Assembly (NCBI GenBank): GCA_016182235.1
Contig: JACOXT010000003.1
Span: 529,199 to 593,198 of the forward strand
DNA: 64,000 nt
Reading direction: 5' to 3'
From: Candidatus Levyibacteriota bacterium
GTDB lineage: Bacteria > Patescibacteriota > Microgenomatia > Levybacterales > UBA12049
Shown: one piece after another, positions 47,021 through 57,531 of the stretch
Layout: each line of letters begins with the position of its first letter
Numbering within the stretch: the first letter of the stretch is position 1
The notes under the pieces: model-generated
Databases searched by the model: none
What the model was told of the DNA's origin: nothing
What the model saw: the letters and a program-made list of their open reading frames with translations, nothing else
Made by a program: the position numbers and the translations under genes

Positions 47021-48274
47021 TTATAATACCTTCAGTTGGCTTTCAATCTGCAAAAGCCTATTATATTTAGATACGTTTTCTCCTCTAGAAAGCGTCCCTA
47101 GTTTAACATAATCCGAAGAAACCGCAACCGCGAAATCCGATATGAAATCGTCATTTGTCTCGTTATTTCTATGAGAAACTACTATTTTTAGCCCTATTAC
47201 TTTTGCAGCCTCAGCAATCGCGAGCGATTCGATAACCGTACCAACTTGGCTTGGCTTTATGACAATTCCCGAAATTGCCTTTTTTTCCAAAGCCAAATTT
47301 AATTTATTAAGGTTTGTTGCTGTTAAATCTCCGCCTATAATCGCAATATTTTGGGAAAATTTTGCTGTCAAATTTTCCCAAGCAGTCCAATCATCGTAAG
47401 AGAAAGGGTCTTCAAGATATAGTATATTAATGTCTTTGATCATATCTTCATAGAAACCTAAAAGCTCCTTCGCGGACAAAGGTGAGGAAAAATCTTTTAT
47501 TTTATATTTACCATCCCTCGCGAAATTAGTGGCTCTGCTGTTAAGTCCAAAAAATATGTCAAATCCAGGTCTATATATATTTTCGACTGCTTTTTTCAGA
47601 ACGAGAAACGCTTCTTTGTTAGACGGCATTCCCGAAGTATTTATGTCATCGTATTCCGCCTCGAAAGAGCCATTGGAGCTTAGCAATTGCTTTAGAGATT
47701 TACGAATTAGCATACACATTTGTAACGAATCTGAGAATGACTTCGAGGATGGGGGAATTACGATAAACTCATCAAAATCAGAAGCTCCGGTAATTGAATC
47801 AACACTACTATTTATTGCGTTAAATAAAGGGATTGGAATTGCGGGCTTTGGATTTCTCTTATGCAAGAGCTGCCTAAGATAGATGTAAAGCGGAAGATTA
47901 GACGTTTGCGAAGCGGCTTTTGCAACAGCCATTGAAACGGAAAATATCGCATTTGCTCCAAGAGAAGACTTGTTTGGCGTACCGTCCAGCTCAATCATTT
48001 TTCCGTCTATTTCGTGTTGTTTTAGCGCATCTTTGCCTATCAGATGAGGGGCAATTGGACTTAGGACGTTCCCGACAGCTTTAAGTACTCCATTCCCGCC
48101 AAATCTTTTCTCATCATTATCTTTTAATTCCAATGCATTTAAAACGCTATCTTTTCCACCAGGATATGAGGCAATTCCTACCTTTCCGTTGTCCAAAATA
48201 ACCGTTGCTTCAACTGTTGGCAAACCATTTGCACTTAAGACCTCTCTTGCCATTATCTTTTTTATTCTGGACAT
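47021..48274 (-). CDS. eno: enolase
   Basis: N-terminal IMAREVLSANGLPTVEATV and C-terminal VVSHRNNETND (SHRSGETED-like). Confidence 0.8.
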   Translation of the reverse strand: MSRIKKIMAREVLSANGLPTVEATVILDNGKVGIASYPGGKDSVLNALELKDNDEKRFGGNGVLKAVGNVLSPIAPHLIGKDALKQHEIDGKMIELDGTPNKSSLGANAIFSVSMAVAKAASQTSNLPLYIYLRQLLHKRNPKPAIPIPLFNAINSSVDSITGASDFDEFIVIPPSSKSFSDSLQMCMLIRKSLKQLLSSNGSFEAEYDDINTSGMPSNKEAFLVLKKAVENIYRPGFDIFFGLNSRATNFARDGKYKIKDFSSPLSAKELLGFYEDMIKDINILYLEDPFSYDDWTAWENLTAKFSQNIAIIGGDLTATNLNKLNLALEKKAISGIVIKPSQVGTVIESLAIAEAAKVIGLKIVVSHRNNETNDDFISDFAVAVSSDYVKLGTLSRGENVSKYNRLLQIESQLKVL

Positions 48275-48278
48275 CTGA

Positions 48279-49472
48279 TTAATTTAATCCTCCTTTGTAC
48301 ACCTCTCCCTTTGCCCCATCCAAAGTAACAACACTGCCAGTGTGAAGTGCTGAAGTTGCATGTATTACGCCTTGGATCATGGGTTTGCCAACAATTTTTC
48401 CGTAAATCATTTTGTCATGATCTGTAAAGGAGGCCGTCTCAGTTATAAATCCTTTTGCTTTTCTTATTATGTGGAATAAGCTTGTTTCGATTTTTGGGAC
48501 AACAAGTATCTCGCTTGGGTTTACATTATGTATTATTCTATAATTTTTAAAAATTCTCACAGGACCCGTTGTAATCCCGGGAAAAGTACTAACGCCTTTT
48601 AATAACATACGCTGTCTGGACTTTTGGTGATTGAGTTTAGGATGATGTAAAAAACCTGGCGTTGAAGGAAATGATTGCGATTCTGATATAGAATTAGCCA
48701 TTTGTTTTGTACTCAATATGTAAATTATATCGCGATCTATTGAAAATTTTATTTCTTGAGGAAAGTAAAAATGCTTTTGAAGCAATATTCCAATATGCGA
48801 AAGAGTCCGAGCTTGAATATCGGAAAGCTGATGTGATTTTTTAACATGAGTTTGATGGCTTTTAAATAAGATACGAAGATCTTTTTTTGATAGCACGTAG
48901 CGGGAATGTTCATGTCCGTCTTCTTCTATGACGATTTTTGTTTTGTCGCTCGTTAATGGATCTTCTGTAAACATTGTTCCGCTTTTTCTAGAATTTACTT
49001 TTTTCTGGACTGCAACAGCGATATCAAGTCTGGAAAGATTATTAATTTCATCTGAGCCAATTTCTAAAAGTGTAATTTTTTTAAATTGGGCAGCCCAAAT
49101 TTCTTTTATTGCGACTATTAAATTGGCATCCCCTTTGACTTCGTAATGTATATTTTTAAAACTAAATGGGGACGAAGGAGTAGCGATCACGGCATTTTCT
49201 TTAAATCTATTCCCTAATCTAGAGTAGTAATCATGTACTTGGCTTGCCATATCTTCAGGCATGGAAGCGTGCATGACCTGTTTTTCCGTTGAAGAAATTG
49301 AATATAGCTTATTTGCAATCAGGAATTCCCTAAAACAGTTAGTTGTGACCACAAATCCTTCAGGAACAGGAACCCTGATGCGAGACAGTTCGCCTAACTG
49401 TGCGGCGTACTGACCGGCGTGATCTACGTCTCTTTTGTCAACTTTTGAGATATCAAGAACGTAATTCCCCAT
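48279..49472 (-). CDS. PEP-utilizing-enzyme-like protein: PPDK_N-type nucleotide-binding region plus swivelling domain, no PEP/pyruvate TIM barrel
   Basis: The N-terminus AGQYAAQLGELSRIRVPVPEGFVVT resembles the PpsA/PPDK N-terminus. The C-terminus ...GFITETASFTDHDKMIYGKIVGKPMIQGV...GAKGEVY resembles the mobile His domain. Only 397 aa. Confidence 0.5.
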   Translation of the reverse strand: MGNYVLDISKVDKRDVDHAGQYAAQLGELSRIRVPVPEGFVVTTNCFREFLIANKLYSISSTEKQVMHASMPEDMASQVHDYYSRLGNRFKENAVIATPSSPFSFKNIHYEVKGDANLIVAIKEIWAAQFKKITLLEIGSDEINNLSRLDIAVAVQKKVNSRKSGTMFTEDPLTSDKTKIVIEEDGHEHSRYVLSKKDLRILFKSHQTHVKKSHQLSDIQARTLSHIGILLQKHFYFPQEIKFSIDRDIIYILSTKQMANSISESQSFPSTPGFLHHPKLNHQKSRQRMLLKGVSTFPGITTGPVRIFKNYRIIHNVNPSEILVVPKIETSLFHIIRKAKGFITETASFTDHDKMIYGKIVGKPMIQGVIHATSALHTGSVVTLDGAKGEVYKGGLN

Positions 49473-49515
49473 ACGGTATTATTATGAAGATATCTGAAAA
49501 AATTATCAAGAAGAG

Positions 49516-50871
49516 CTAAAAATTCTGAATTGCGGTCAGGAGTTCGCTTTTTTTCTCTTCCATAAGCGATTGCGTTCGGGCCTCCAAATTAAGTCTAAGA
49601 AGGTTTTCCGTATTGGATTTCCTCAAGTTAAACCGCCAATCTTTATACTCGATTGATAATCCGTCAATAAATTCTTTTTTCCCGTCCGAATACTTTTTTT
49701 CAATAGCTTCTAAAATCTCATCTTTTTTTTCTGTTTCAAAATTTATCTCCCCGGATATAAAGTATTTTGAAGTATAAGGATAGGTTAGGGCTGAAAGAGT
49801 AGTATTGTACTTAGAAAGCATTTCTATAATTAAAAAGAGAGGTATTATTCCATTGTCTCTATAATAATTCTCTTTAAAATAGAAATGACTGGACATTTCT
49901 CCTCCAAATATAGCACCCTCTTTTTTCATCCTATCGGCAATTATTGTCATACCGGGCTTAGAGATAATGGGAATTCCGCCGCTATTTTTTATCTCTTCGG
50001 TTGTTGCCCAAATTAATCTCGGGTCAATTATAATTCTGCCTCCCTTATGTTTTAGAAGAATTTCCTTCGCCAAAACTGCCGTAATAAAATAACCCTCTAT
50101 AAAATTGCCTTTCTCATCGGCAAAAAAACATCTGTCTCCATCCGCGTCCCAAGATACGCCAAAATCCGCATGGGACTCCAGTATCAAATCTAAAAATTCC
50201 TTTCTGTTTTCGGAAAGCAGAGGATTAGGCGGTCCTTTTGGAAATGTCCCGTCCGGCTTATCGTTAAGAGGTACAAGCTCAATAGGCAAATTATACATTT
50301 CTATTGCTTTTTTCAAGATCAAAACGTCTACTCCGAAGTTGCCGTTGGCGACTACTTTTTTGTGAGAAAATGAAGTCACGTCTACGAAAGAAATGGCTTT
50401 TTTTATAAAGCCTTCCATCACATCTTTTTTTTCGATAGTTCCAGGTCTTTGAGGTTTAATAACACTTGAATTTTTTATCGCTAAATCCCTGATATCAAAA
50501 AGTCCGGTTTGAGACGAGATGGGCTCCGCATTGCTTTTACAAAAATTCATCCCGTTCCATTCCCTTGGATTATGAGAAGCGGATATTGTTATCCCTCCGT
50601 CCACGCCTAAACTCCCAACCGCGTAATAAAACATATCTGTTGACACAATTCCAATATCAATAACATCAACGCCGGAATTTACAAACACGAGCTTGCATGC
50701 GTTAAACAAACTTTCTCCCGACTCTCTTACATCCCTCCCCAATACCACTTTTTTCGGTTTAAAAATCTTTATGAAAGCCTGGGTGATTTTACCAGCCACC
50801 TCTTCATTAAATTCAGTCGGATATATTCCCCGCACATCGTAGGACTTAAATATCGAAGCCTTTATGTTCAT
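49516..50871 (-). CDS. phosphomannomutase/phosphoglucomutase
   Basis: Phosphoserine loop SASHNPREWNG and Mg loop WDADGDRC. Confidence 0.85.
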   Translation of the reverse strand: MNIKASIFKSYDVRGIYPTEFNEEVAGKITQAFIKIFKPKKVVLGRDVRESGESLFNACKLVFVNSGVDVIDIGIVSTDMFYYAVGSLGVDGGITISASHNPREWNGMNFCKSNAEPISSQTGLFDIRDLAIKNSSVIKPQRPGTIEKKDVMEGFIKKAISFVDVTSFSHKKVVANGNFGVDVLILKKAIEMYNLPIELVPLNDKPDGTFPKGPPNPLLSENRKEFLDLILESHADFGVSWDADGDRCFFADEKGNFIEGYFITAVLAKEILLKHKGGRIIIDPRLIWATTEEIKNSGGIPIISKPGMTIIADRMKKEGAIFGGEMSSHFYFKENYYRDNGIIPLFLIIEMLSKYNTTLSALTYPYTSKYFISGEINFETEKKDEILEAIEKKYSDGKKEFIDGLSIEYKDWRFNLRKSNTENLLRLNLEARTQSLMEEKKSELLTAIQNF

Positions 50872-50880
50872 TTTTTTATG

Positions 50881-51582
50881 TTATATTTCAAACAAAAGAA
50901 AGTCAATGGCCTGAGGAAGCGTCAGGTTCAATTTGCCTGTTTTAAATCCTAATTCTATTTTGTATAGGAAATTATATATTCGCCTTAATTGGTCCACAGA
51001 GAATAATCTTGCCTGTCTGACAAGCTTCTCTTTCTGCCATGGGAAAAGCCGCATCAGCTCATCTATTGTTTTTTTTGTAGAATTATCCGATAGCGCAAGA
51101 AGCAGTCTAATTTGTCTTTGTATCATGAAAAAGATCAGCTCTTGATTAATCCCCGCGTCCAATGTCTTGTGGAATAAGATTATGAGATTTTTGAAGTTAT
51201 TTGGGCGAATGCTATCCAGAAACATAAAAATACTTTGCGGCAGTTTAAATTTTTTTAGGATTGCCTCTTTAAATACAAAAACATCTCTTTTTTGAATCTC
51301 TTTTCCTTCCCACAAGATAATGTTGGATGACCCATGATTCTTAGTTATGAAGTTTATAATTTCTTTTGTTTCGCTATTTGCTTTTTTAGTTTTTGTTAAA
51401 AAATCTTCTATAAATATTGACTTTGTGTCGCTAAAAAGACCCGATCCGAAGATAGCCTGCGCAAGATCCGTTATCGTCATCTTTGACGCGTCAAAAGTTA
51501 TTGAATCTTTTTGTTCCTGTTTTTTTTCTTGAAAAAATCTTCGCGAAGAAACAATATCATCGCCGTGAATTATAGTAATCAT
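50881..51582 (-). CDS. holA: DNA polymerase III delta subunit-like (short)
   Basis: N-terminus MITIIHGDD...LFSDTKSIFIEDF and helical C-terminus fit the HolA pattern. 233 aa is short for HolA. Confidence 0.45.
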   Translation of the reverse strand: MITIIHGDDIVSSRRFFQEKKQEQKDSITFDASKMTITDLAQAIFGSGLFSDTKSIFIEDFLTKTKKANSETKEIINFITKNHGSSNIILWEGKEIQKRDVFVFKEAILKKFKLPQSIFMFLDSIRPNNFKNLIILFHKTLDAGINQELIFFMIQRQIRLLLALSDNSTKKTIDELMRLFPWQKEKLVRQARLFSVDQLRRIYNFLYKIELGFKTGKLNLTLPQAIDFLLFEI

Positions 51583-51587
51583 ACTGG

Positions 51588-51986
51588 TTAAGCAGCCGAT
51601 TTATAATCTCTAAATAGTTTGTTTACCTGTGAAGCTAAATGGCGGCCTCGTGAACGATGGGGAACAAGCGCTCCTGAGAAATTTTTAGGTATATGAAGAA
51701 GCTCGTGGATAAGCACGCGTTTTTTTTCATCTGGACTTAATTTATCATAATATTTTGACAAAACTTCAATAACATACGCAGGCTTAATCCTCAGAGCGTT
51801 CTGAAAAATCTTTGGCATCGACCAAATACGAGCGTAGGATCTTGATTTTGAACCATGGGTTTTGTAACAGAAAATTCTTGAAGGATCAATGTGGTCAAAA
51901 CTCAAAACCTCAATTATTTTTTCTATGTCGCTTTTAATTTCACTGGCCGTTTCCCATTCTAATTTTTGATTTTTGAGTTTTGACAT
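51588..51986 (-). CDS. predicted HExxH zinc metallopeptidase (small, SprT/WLM-like)
   Basis: LIHELLHIPKNFSGALVPH motif; 132 aa. Confidence 0.5.
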   Translation of the reverse strand: MSKLKNQKLEWETASEIKSDIEKIIEVLSFDHIDPSRIFCYKTHGSKSRSYARIWSMPKIFQNALRIKPAYVIEVLSKYYDKLSPDEKKRVLIHELLHIPKNFSGALVPHRSRGRHLASQVNKLFRDYKSAA

Positions 51987-51995
51987 TTGAGTTTA

Positions 51996-52517
51996 TTACG
52001 TATGCTTATCAGCAACATAAGATGCACCGTATGCCTCTGGCTTTGTTTTGGCGACAAATCCATTGCCGTTTACCATCCCCACGACTTCTTTTATCATATC
52101 TCTTGTGTCACCATGCTCTCCGACATCTATATGTATTTCAAGACGATAGTTTGGGGATTTACCGTTTAGCGTTTTTTTAAGCTTGGGAACAAAGACAGTG
52201 GCAAAGTTAAGAGATTCCAGGGTTTCTGAATATATTTTTTCTCGAAGCGAATGAATATTTGGCACTTCTTTTCTTTTCCAAAAATATTTTCCCCCAAAAC
52301 CCTTTCTATGAACGATAACAGCAGTTACAAGTCCTATTGTTTTAGTTCCATTTATTGAACCGTTCTTCTCGTGAGAATCTGTTCCTATGACAAGGCTATA
52401 TTGCACGTTCGGCTCCTCCTCCAGGAACAATTTTATCAGCTTAATAGAATCGTCTATTTTTAATTGTCCATGCGTGACGCTGTTAAATATATCATCGATC
52501 TGGCCTTCAAAATTCAT
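51996..52517 (-). CDS. YkuK/DUF458-like RNase H-fold protein
   Basis: YSLVIGTDSHEK...TAVIVHRKGFGGKYFW pattern recalled from the DUF458 family. Low certainty. Confidence 0.4.
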   Translation of the reverse strand: MNFEGQIDDIFNSVTHGQLKIDDSIKLIKLFLEEEPNVQYSLVIGTDSHEKNGSINGTKTIGLVTAVIVHRKGFGGKYFWKRKEVPNIHSLREKIYSETLESLNFATVFVPKLKKTLNGKSPNYRLEIHIDVGEHGDTRDMIKEVVGMVNGNGFVAKTKPEAYGASYVADKHT

Positions 52518-52531
52518 AAACTCATCCCATA

Positions 52532-53707
52532 TTATAGCACATTTAGGCTCCTAAAAAACCATTTTAGAAAATCTGTCGCAATTTTTGCCTTGTCAATTGA
52601 GGCAACAATACTTTCGTCGTATTGATTCTCATTTTTAAAAGTTTTAACTCGTAGATCCTGCCTCCTAGAAGACGTATTCATGTTTTTTTCCTCAACCTCA
52701 AGAAGAGGCTCTCCTTTCATTTTTGGCATGCTTTCTATTGTAAGATAAGTTTTACTATAGCTTCCGTCTTCCTGAATTAAGCTGAATTGCGCGTAAGGTT
52801 CGGACGCTCTGAGAATAAAAGGCGTTACGGCCGCAATATTGTTATCGGACCAAACTGTCTCAAACGCATATCGCATATAAGATGAGATTTTCTCGTCGGA
52901 TAAATTATCTCTTGACCAACCGGTTTCTGTAATAAATACAGGTAAGTTTTTACGTCCTAATCTTTCTGCGACATCTCTCTCGTACCTGAAACTGCTGACG
53001 CTTTTATTCGTCAATACCCACGGAGGCTGGGAAAAAGCCGGATTTGGATAAGAATGACTGGCCATTCCGTCTATTCTCCCAAATATTCCCGGCAATTCTT
53101 CATCCATTCCATGCATAAAATCATACTGATTTATTGACATTTGGGAGACATTTATTGATCCATTGTCCAAACCAGCCGGGATGATAAAAAAATCTTCATC
53201 CAAAGATTTAAACGCATCAACCGCAAAACCCAGGATTTGCGCGTATTCCTGAGGATTAGTATTTCCCTGCCACTCATCGCTTCTGTTGACTTCGTTGTAT
53301 ATAACTACATATTTATTTTTAGTCGGCCATTCCAAGGAGTTTAGGAAATTGGCAAAATCCAAAATATCTTCATAACGGGGTTTTTGCCATACTTTAGTAT
53401 CAAAATAATAATTCGACTCCGCCAAACGTACAATTGGAATTATATGGTTTGTTCTTGCGTCATCCATGAACTTCTGCCATTTTCTCAAGTTGCGGTCTCC
53501 TGCCTGAATGGGTATCGTTACATACCCCCAATCGCCTCCATTTGAATTCACAAGCTTTGAAGCCTGCTCAAGCTCTGATGGAAAGAGTATATGAATTCCG
53601 AATTTGTTGTTTGGAACAGAAAGCGGATCTACGATTGCAAAAGCATTTGCCACACTCATCGCAAATATAAAGGTTGACATTAAAAAAATAAGCATTGTTT
53701 TGTTCAT
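52532..53707 (-). CDS. secreted clan GH-A (TIM-barrel) glycoside hydrolase
   Basis: Signal peptide MNKTMLIFLMSTFIFAMSVANA; acid/base VIYNEVN and nucleophile FITETGWS motifs. Confidence 0.6.
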   Translation of the reverse strand: MNKTMLIFLMSTFIFAMSVANAFAIVDPLSVPNNKFGIHILFPSELEQASKLVNSNGGDWGYVTIPIQAGDRNLRKWQKFMDDARTNHIIPIVRLAESNYYFDTKVWQKPRYEDILDFANFLNSLEWPTKNKYVVIYNEVNRSDEWQGNTNPQEYAQILGFAVDAFKSLDEDFFIIPAGLDNGSINVSQMSINQYDFMHGMDEELPGIFGRIDGMASHSYPNPAFSQPPWVLTNKSVSSFRYERDVAERLGRKNLPVFITETGWSRDNLSDEKISSYMRYAFETVWSDNNIAAVTPFILRASEPYAQFSLIQEDGSYSKTYLTIESMPKMKGEPLLEVEEKNMNTSSRRQDLRVKTFKNENQYDESIVASIDKAKIATDFLKWFFRSLNVL

Positions 53708-53757
53708 TTGAAAATTTGTATTTTAATATTATTTGTAATTTTGAATTTCAAGTTTTA

Positions 53758-54588
53758 CTACTCTAATTTTATTGAGTTAACAATAAAATCCGCCATAAAC
53801 CTATGTCCTTCCTCCGAAGGGTGAATGCCATCGTCTTTATTGACTAAATAAGGGTCGCCAAACGCCCCATCAGTTCTAGACTCATGGTAAGCATTTATCA
53901 AGGGGATGTTTTCTGAAGTAGATAAATTAATTACGTTATCTAATTGTTCTATAATATTTAAAGCGTGCTGATAGGCCGCATCAGGCGCCATATTCACTCC
54001 ATTTTTGCCTTCTCCAAAACCGGTTTTAAGAGGCGCTATCTCTGCCAAAAGATAAACATGAGAGGAAACAATCTTAGCTTTGGCAACGAGTTGATGAAGC
54101 AAAGTATAATGCTTATTTCTATCATGAGTCGAAAATGGATTATAAGCAAAAGATCCAAGGATTAAAACGTCAGGAGAAAGAACAGGGAGCGGAGGAAAGT
54201 TTCTCTCCCTGTTGACAAATGAGCTTTCAAAACGCGAAAGACCCTGCTCTATATTTTGCCCGCCTATTCCGTAATTATAAAAACTAAACCTGGTTTTCGG
54301 ATATTTGGCTGAAAGTGAAATCTCAAGATGCTCGAGTTCTTCTCCCATAGTATCTACCATAGAGTCTCCAAAAATTGCAATTGAATATGTACTTTTTTTC
54401 AAGACAACCGAAGGGGTGGGTGTTAAGGTAGGGAAGGGTGATGGAGTAGGAATTGATGTTGGAATAAAAGTAGGAGAGACTGCAATTGTGGCAGACAGCA
54501 AGGCTTTTGAGTCGTCTTTTAGGTATAATACCAGCAAAACAATTGAGGTCAAGATTAATAACATAAAAATTAAAAAATATTTGATCAT
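53758..54588 (-). CDS. SGNH/GDSL hydrolase with N-terminal TM and a Pro/Thr/Ser linker
   Basis: Block I IAIFGDSMVD, block V DGIHPS, and linker PTFIPTSIPTPSPFPTLTPTPS. Confidence 0.75.
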   Translation of the reverse strand: MIKYFLIFMLLILTSIVLLVLYLKDDSKALLSATIAVSPTFIPTSIPTPSPFPTLTPTPSVVLKKSTYSIAIFGDSMVDTMGEELEHLEISLSAKYPKTRFSFYNYGIGGQNIEQGLSRFESSFVNRERNFPPLPVLSPDVLILGSFAYNPFSTHDRNKHYTLLHQLVAKAKIVSSHVYLLAEIAPLKTGFGEGKNGVNMAPDAAYQHALNIIEQLDNVINLSTSENIPLINAYHESRTDGAFGDPYLVNKDDGIHPSEEGHRFMADFIVNSIKLE

Positions 54589-54639
54589 TTTAATTCTGAT
54601 ATTATATCATTATGGATCATCTTACTATCCGCTTCTAAC

Positions 54640-55785
54640 ATGATTAAAAAAATAATTTTTCTGTTTTTAGCTTGGAGGCTTTTTCTACTTTTTCCACTTA
54701 TACTAGCCAGCAATCTCTTAACTAACCGTCAAGGCTATGAGTATACCCTCCTTACTTATTTTTTAGGTCCCGAGAATAAATTATTGTCGCATTTCTTACT
54801 TAATCCATTTGGTAATTTTGACGCGGTCTATTATCTTATTATTGCGGCAAGAGGATATACTGTCGAAGGCGGATTTTTCCCTCTTTTTCCGCTTTCTATT
54901 TTTTTCACGTCAGCGATATTTGGCAAGGTTTTGGAGCTTGATATAACGCAGTATTTTGCAAGTTTGGGTCTTGTCGCAATTTATTTTTTTATAAGCTTAA
55001 TCTTGATGTATAAGTTAATTAGGATGGATTACAAGGAAAGTATAGTGTTATGGAGTATTATTTTTATGTTAGTTTTCCCAACATCTTTTTTCTTCGCGGC
55101 AATTTATTCAGAAAGCCTATTTTTGCTTCTTTCATTAGGGGCTTTTTACTTCGCAAGAAAAAAGAATTGGTTTTTGGCAGGACTATTCGGCGGACTTTTA
55201 ACCGCAACTCGAATAGTCGGAATTGCCATATTACCCGCTTTAATTTATGAATTTATTAAATATGAGAAGCAAAAATCGAAAATTAAAACACTATCTTTAT
55301 TCCTTATCCCAATGGGTCTTATATCTTATATGATTTTTAATTTTTTTAAGTGGGGGAATATGTTCTATTTTATTTCTGCGCAAGGGAATTTCCAAAACAA
55401 TAGATCAGTTGACGCTATTATTTTCTTTCCTCAAACAATATTTAGGTATCTTAAGATTTTCCAAACTATAAGCCTGACTCAATATGAATGGTGGGTGGCT
55501 TTCATTGAATTTTCAGCTTTTATTTTCGGAAGTTTTATGATTTATATCGCGTGGAAAAAGAAAGTTAGATTGTCATACTTAATATTCACGATTACAGCCT
55601 TTCTAATTCCAATCTCAACCGGAACCTTCAGCGGGCTACCAAGGTATATTCTTCCTCTTTTCCCAATATTTATTGCGCTTGCTCTTTTAAAAAACAAAAC
55701 TCCCAAATTTATCTACTGCATTGTTTCTTTCATGCTCCTCATGATATTTTTCGCGCTTTTTTCTAAAGGATATTTCATCGCGTAA
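54640..55785 (+). CDS. polytopic membrane protein, possible GT-C mannosyltransferase (PIG-V-like)
   Basis: 381 aa with about 10 TM helices. Family assignment is by overall resemblance only. Confidence 0.4.
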   Translation: MIKKIIFLFLAWRLFLLFPLILASNLLTNRQGYEYTLLTYFLGPENKLLSHFLLNPFGNFDAVYYLIIAARGYTVEGGFFPLFPLSIFFTSAIFGKVLELDITQYFASLGLVAIYFFISLILMYKLIRMDYKESIVLWSIIFMLVFPTSFFFAAIYSESLFLLLSLGAFYFARKKNWFLAGLFGGLLTATRIVGIAILPALIYEFIKYEKQKSKIKTLSLFLIPMGLISYMIFNFFKWGNMFYFISAQGNFQNNRSVDAIIFFPQTIFRYLKIFQTISLTQYEWWVAFIEFSAFIFGSFMIYIAWKKKVRLSYLIFTITAFLIPISTGTFSGLPRYILPLFPIFIALALLKNKTPKFIYCIVSFMLLMIFFALFSKGYFIA

Positions 55786-56776
55786 ACCCTCTTCTCAGCT
55801 CGTCCAATAGCCCCCCAAAACCATCTTGTCTTATTACGCCAACCGCGTAATTAGCTTTACTATTCATTGTCTCCAAAAGACTTATTTTTCTGCACGCAAA
55901 CTCAAGCGATGCCAAGTCATCGTTTGAAAGGGACACAACCAGTGTAGTTCGGGGATACATTATTGAGCTCGTGTTATTGATATGCGCGATTCCCAAAGCG
56001 TGTCCCATCTCATGCGCGAGCGTATGAACAAGTTCGTCTCTGGAAACATAAAAGTAAATAATTATTTTCTGGCCGTTTTCATCCGAAATATATGTTCCTT
56101 CTTCCGGCCTATATTTCAATTGCTCATTATATTCATTAACCGTCTTATTCAAATCTTGTATCCTGGAATTGTATTCCTTTGTAGACTGGTTAAGCGAAGA
56201 TGCCATCTGATTTAACTCATTTGCTTCTTGCTGTAAAGATAATTGAAGATCTCCCAGCTCTTTGTATTTTGCGGGATTAGCTCCGCCATGAGAATTCCAA
56301 TAGTCTATTTCTTGATTTAATGCTATTATTTTTTTATTAAAATCCGAGACTCTTCTTTCGTATTCTTCAATCTCTGGCTTGATCGTACTTTTCCTTTGCG
56401 AGAGTTCCCTGTCAATATCGCTAATTTGACTGGTTAACATTTGCCTTTCATCATAGATAAGATTTATAGACATTTTCCCTTGCGGGTCATAGGCAAATAA
56501 GCTTTTTTCGTAAGCGGTATTCCAAATACTGCCCGCCTCTTGAATGTTTTCTAGGAATTCTTCTTGCGTCAGATTAAATCTTGTATCAACAGTGTCTATC
56601 CTGTAGGAAAGGGGAGTATCGCAAGGGGACTGATATAAAATATTCTCTAATTTTTCCGCCAAAACCAATCTATTCTGAAAGGAAAAGAAGGTAATTAATA
56701 CTACAAGTGAGATTACCAAAACCCAAAGTATCTTTCTCATCAATATAAAACTATCACGAAAATACTCAAGAATCAA
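55775..56776 (-). CDS. membrane-anchored metzincin (M10/matrixin-like) zinc protease with a coiled-coil insert
   Basis: HEMGHALGIAH zinc motif followed by the SIMYP Met-turn. N-terminal TM (the start may be the internal MRKILWV). Confidence 0.75.
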   Translation of the reverse strand: MILEYFRDSFILMRKILWVLVISLVVLITFFSFQNRLVLAEKLENILYQSPCDTPLSYRIDTVDTRFNLTQEEFLENIQEAGSIWNTAYEKSLFAYDPQGKMSINLIYDERQMLTSQISDIDRELSQRKSTIKPEIEEYERRVSDFNKKIIALNQEIDYWNSHGGANPAKYKELGDLQLSLQQEANELNQMASSLNQSTKEYNSRIQDLNKTVNEYNEQLKYRPEEGTYISDENGQKIIIYFYVSRDELVHTLAHEMGHALGIAHINNTSSIMYPRTTLVVSLSNDDLASLEFACRKISLLETMNSKANYAVGVIRQDGFGGLLDELRRGFTR

Positions 56777-56824
56777 TGTTTAAAACGCAGATCGAGGCCC
56801 TGTCTGAAAAGCGATGATAAGAGA

Positions 56825-57253
56825 TTATTTATTCACTAATTTTTGCAACAGCTCTTTTGGAGAAAGTATTCTAAGAGGTAAAAACTTTTGTCGAATATCT
56901 TCGCGAAGTAAGTGTTTCTTATCAAGAGTAACAAGATATGCGCTCTTAGTCTGAACAGCCCCAGCAATTAGGTGAGCATCATCCAAGTCAACTTGTCCCT
57001 GAAGTGAAGATATTTCCTCAATTCCAATTGCTTCCCTTATGATCAGACCACTTTGAGCAACGAATTGTACTATCTCATTTCTTGATTTATTTAGTTTTTT
57101 GTACTTTTCCTCCTCCAAGATTTCATCGATAACAGTTTGTGAGGTTAGTCCTACTATTCTTTCTTGCTTTACATATTCAAATAAAAGTGAAGATCCGCCA
57201 GATGGCGACAAGAGAGCGGCAATAATTATCGAAGCATCAAAAAATACTCTCAT
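56825..57253 (-). CDS. vapC: PIN-domain toxin (VapC-like)
   Basis: 142 aa with N-terminal FFDASIIIA (acidic residue 1) and further conserved D/E. Overlaps the upstream antitoxin gene by 4 nt. Confidence 0.7.
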   Translation of the reverse strand: MRVFFDASIIIAALLSPSGGSSLLFEYVKQERIVGLTSQTVIDEILEEEKYKKLNKSRNEIVQFVAQSGLIIREAIGIEEISSLQGQVDLDDAHLIAGAVQTKSAYLVTLDKKHLLREDIRQKFLPLRILSPKELLQKLVNK

Positions 57254-57531
57254 GAAGAGATAGAAGCCAGATCTCTTCGCACCTTCCGTACAAGAAGTCT
57301 TGGTAATTTGTCTTCCTTTAGCAACTCTTTTATTTCACTCTTGCTATATACCCTATAAGGAGCAGAATTATTCCGTTGGGTCTCAATAACAACACTATTT
57401 CCCTCTTTTTTGGCTTTAACAATATCTCCCTCTCTAATCTTCAACTCATCCCTCCATTTTTTGGGCAGCGTTACCATTCCTTTACCTAGTATCTTTAGCC
57501 ATTCTTGATTTATAACTGCTTGTTGACTCAT
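57250..57531 (-). CDS. AbrB/SpoVT-fold antitoxin
   Basis: KGMVTLPKKWRDELKIREGDIV looped-hinge-helix motif. SD AAGGAG 6 nt upstream of the ATG. Confidence 0.7.
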   Translation of the reverse strand: MSQQAVINQEWLKILGKGMVTLPKKWRDELKIREGDIVKAKKEGNSVVIETQRNNSAPYRVYSKSEIKELLKEDKLPRLLVRKVRRDLASISS

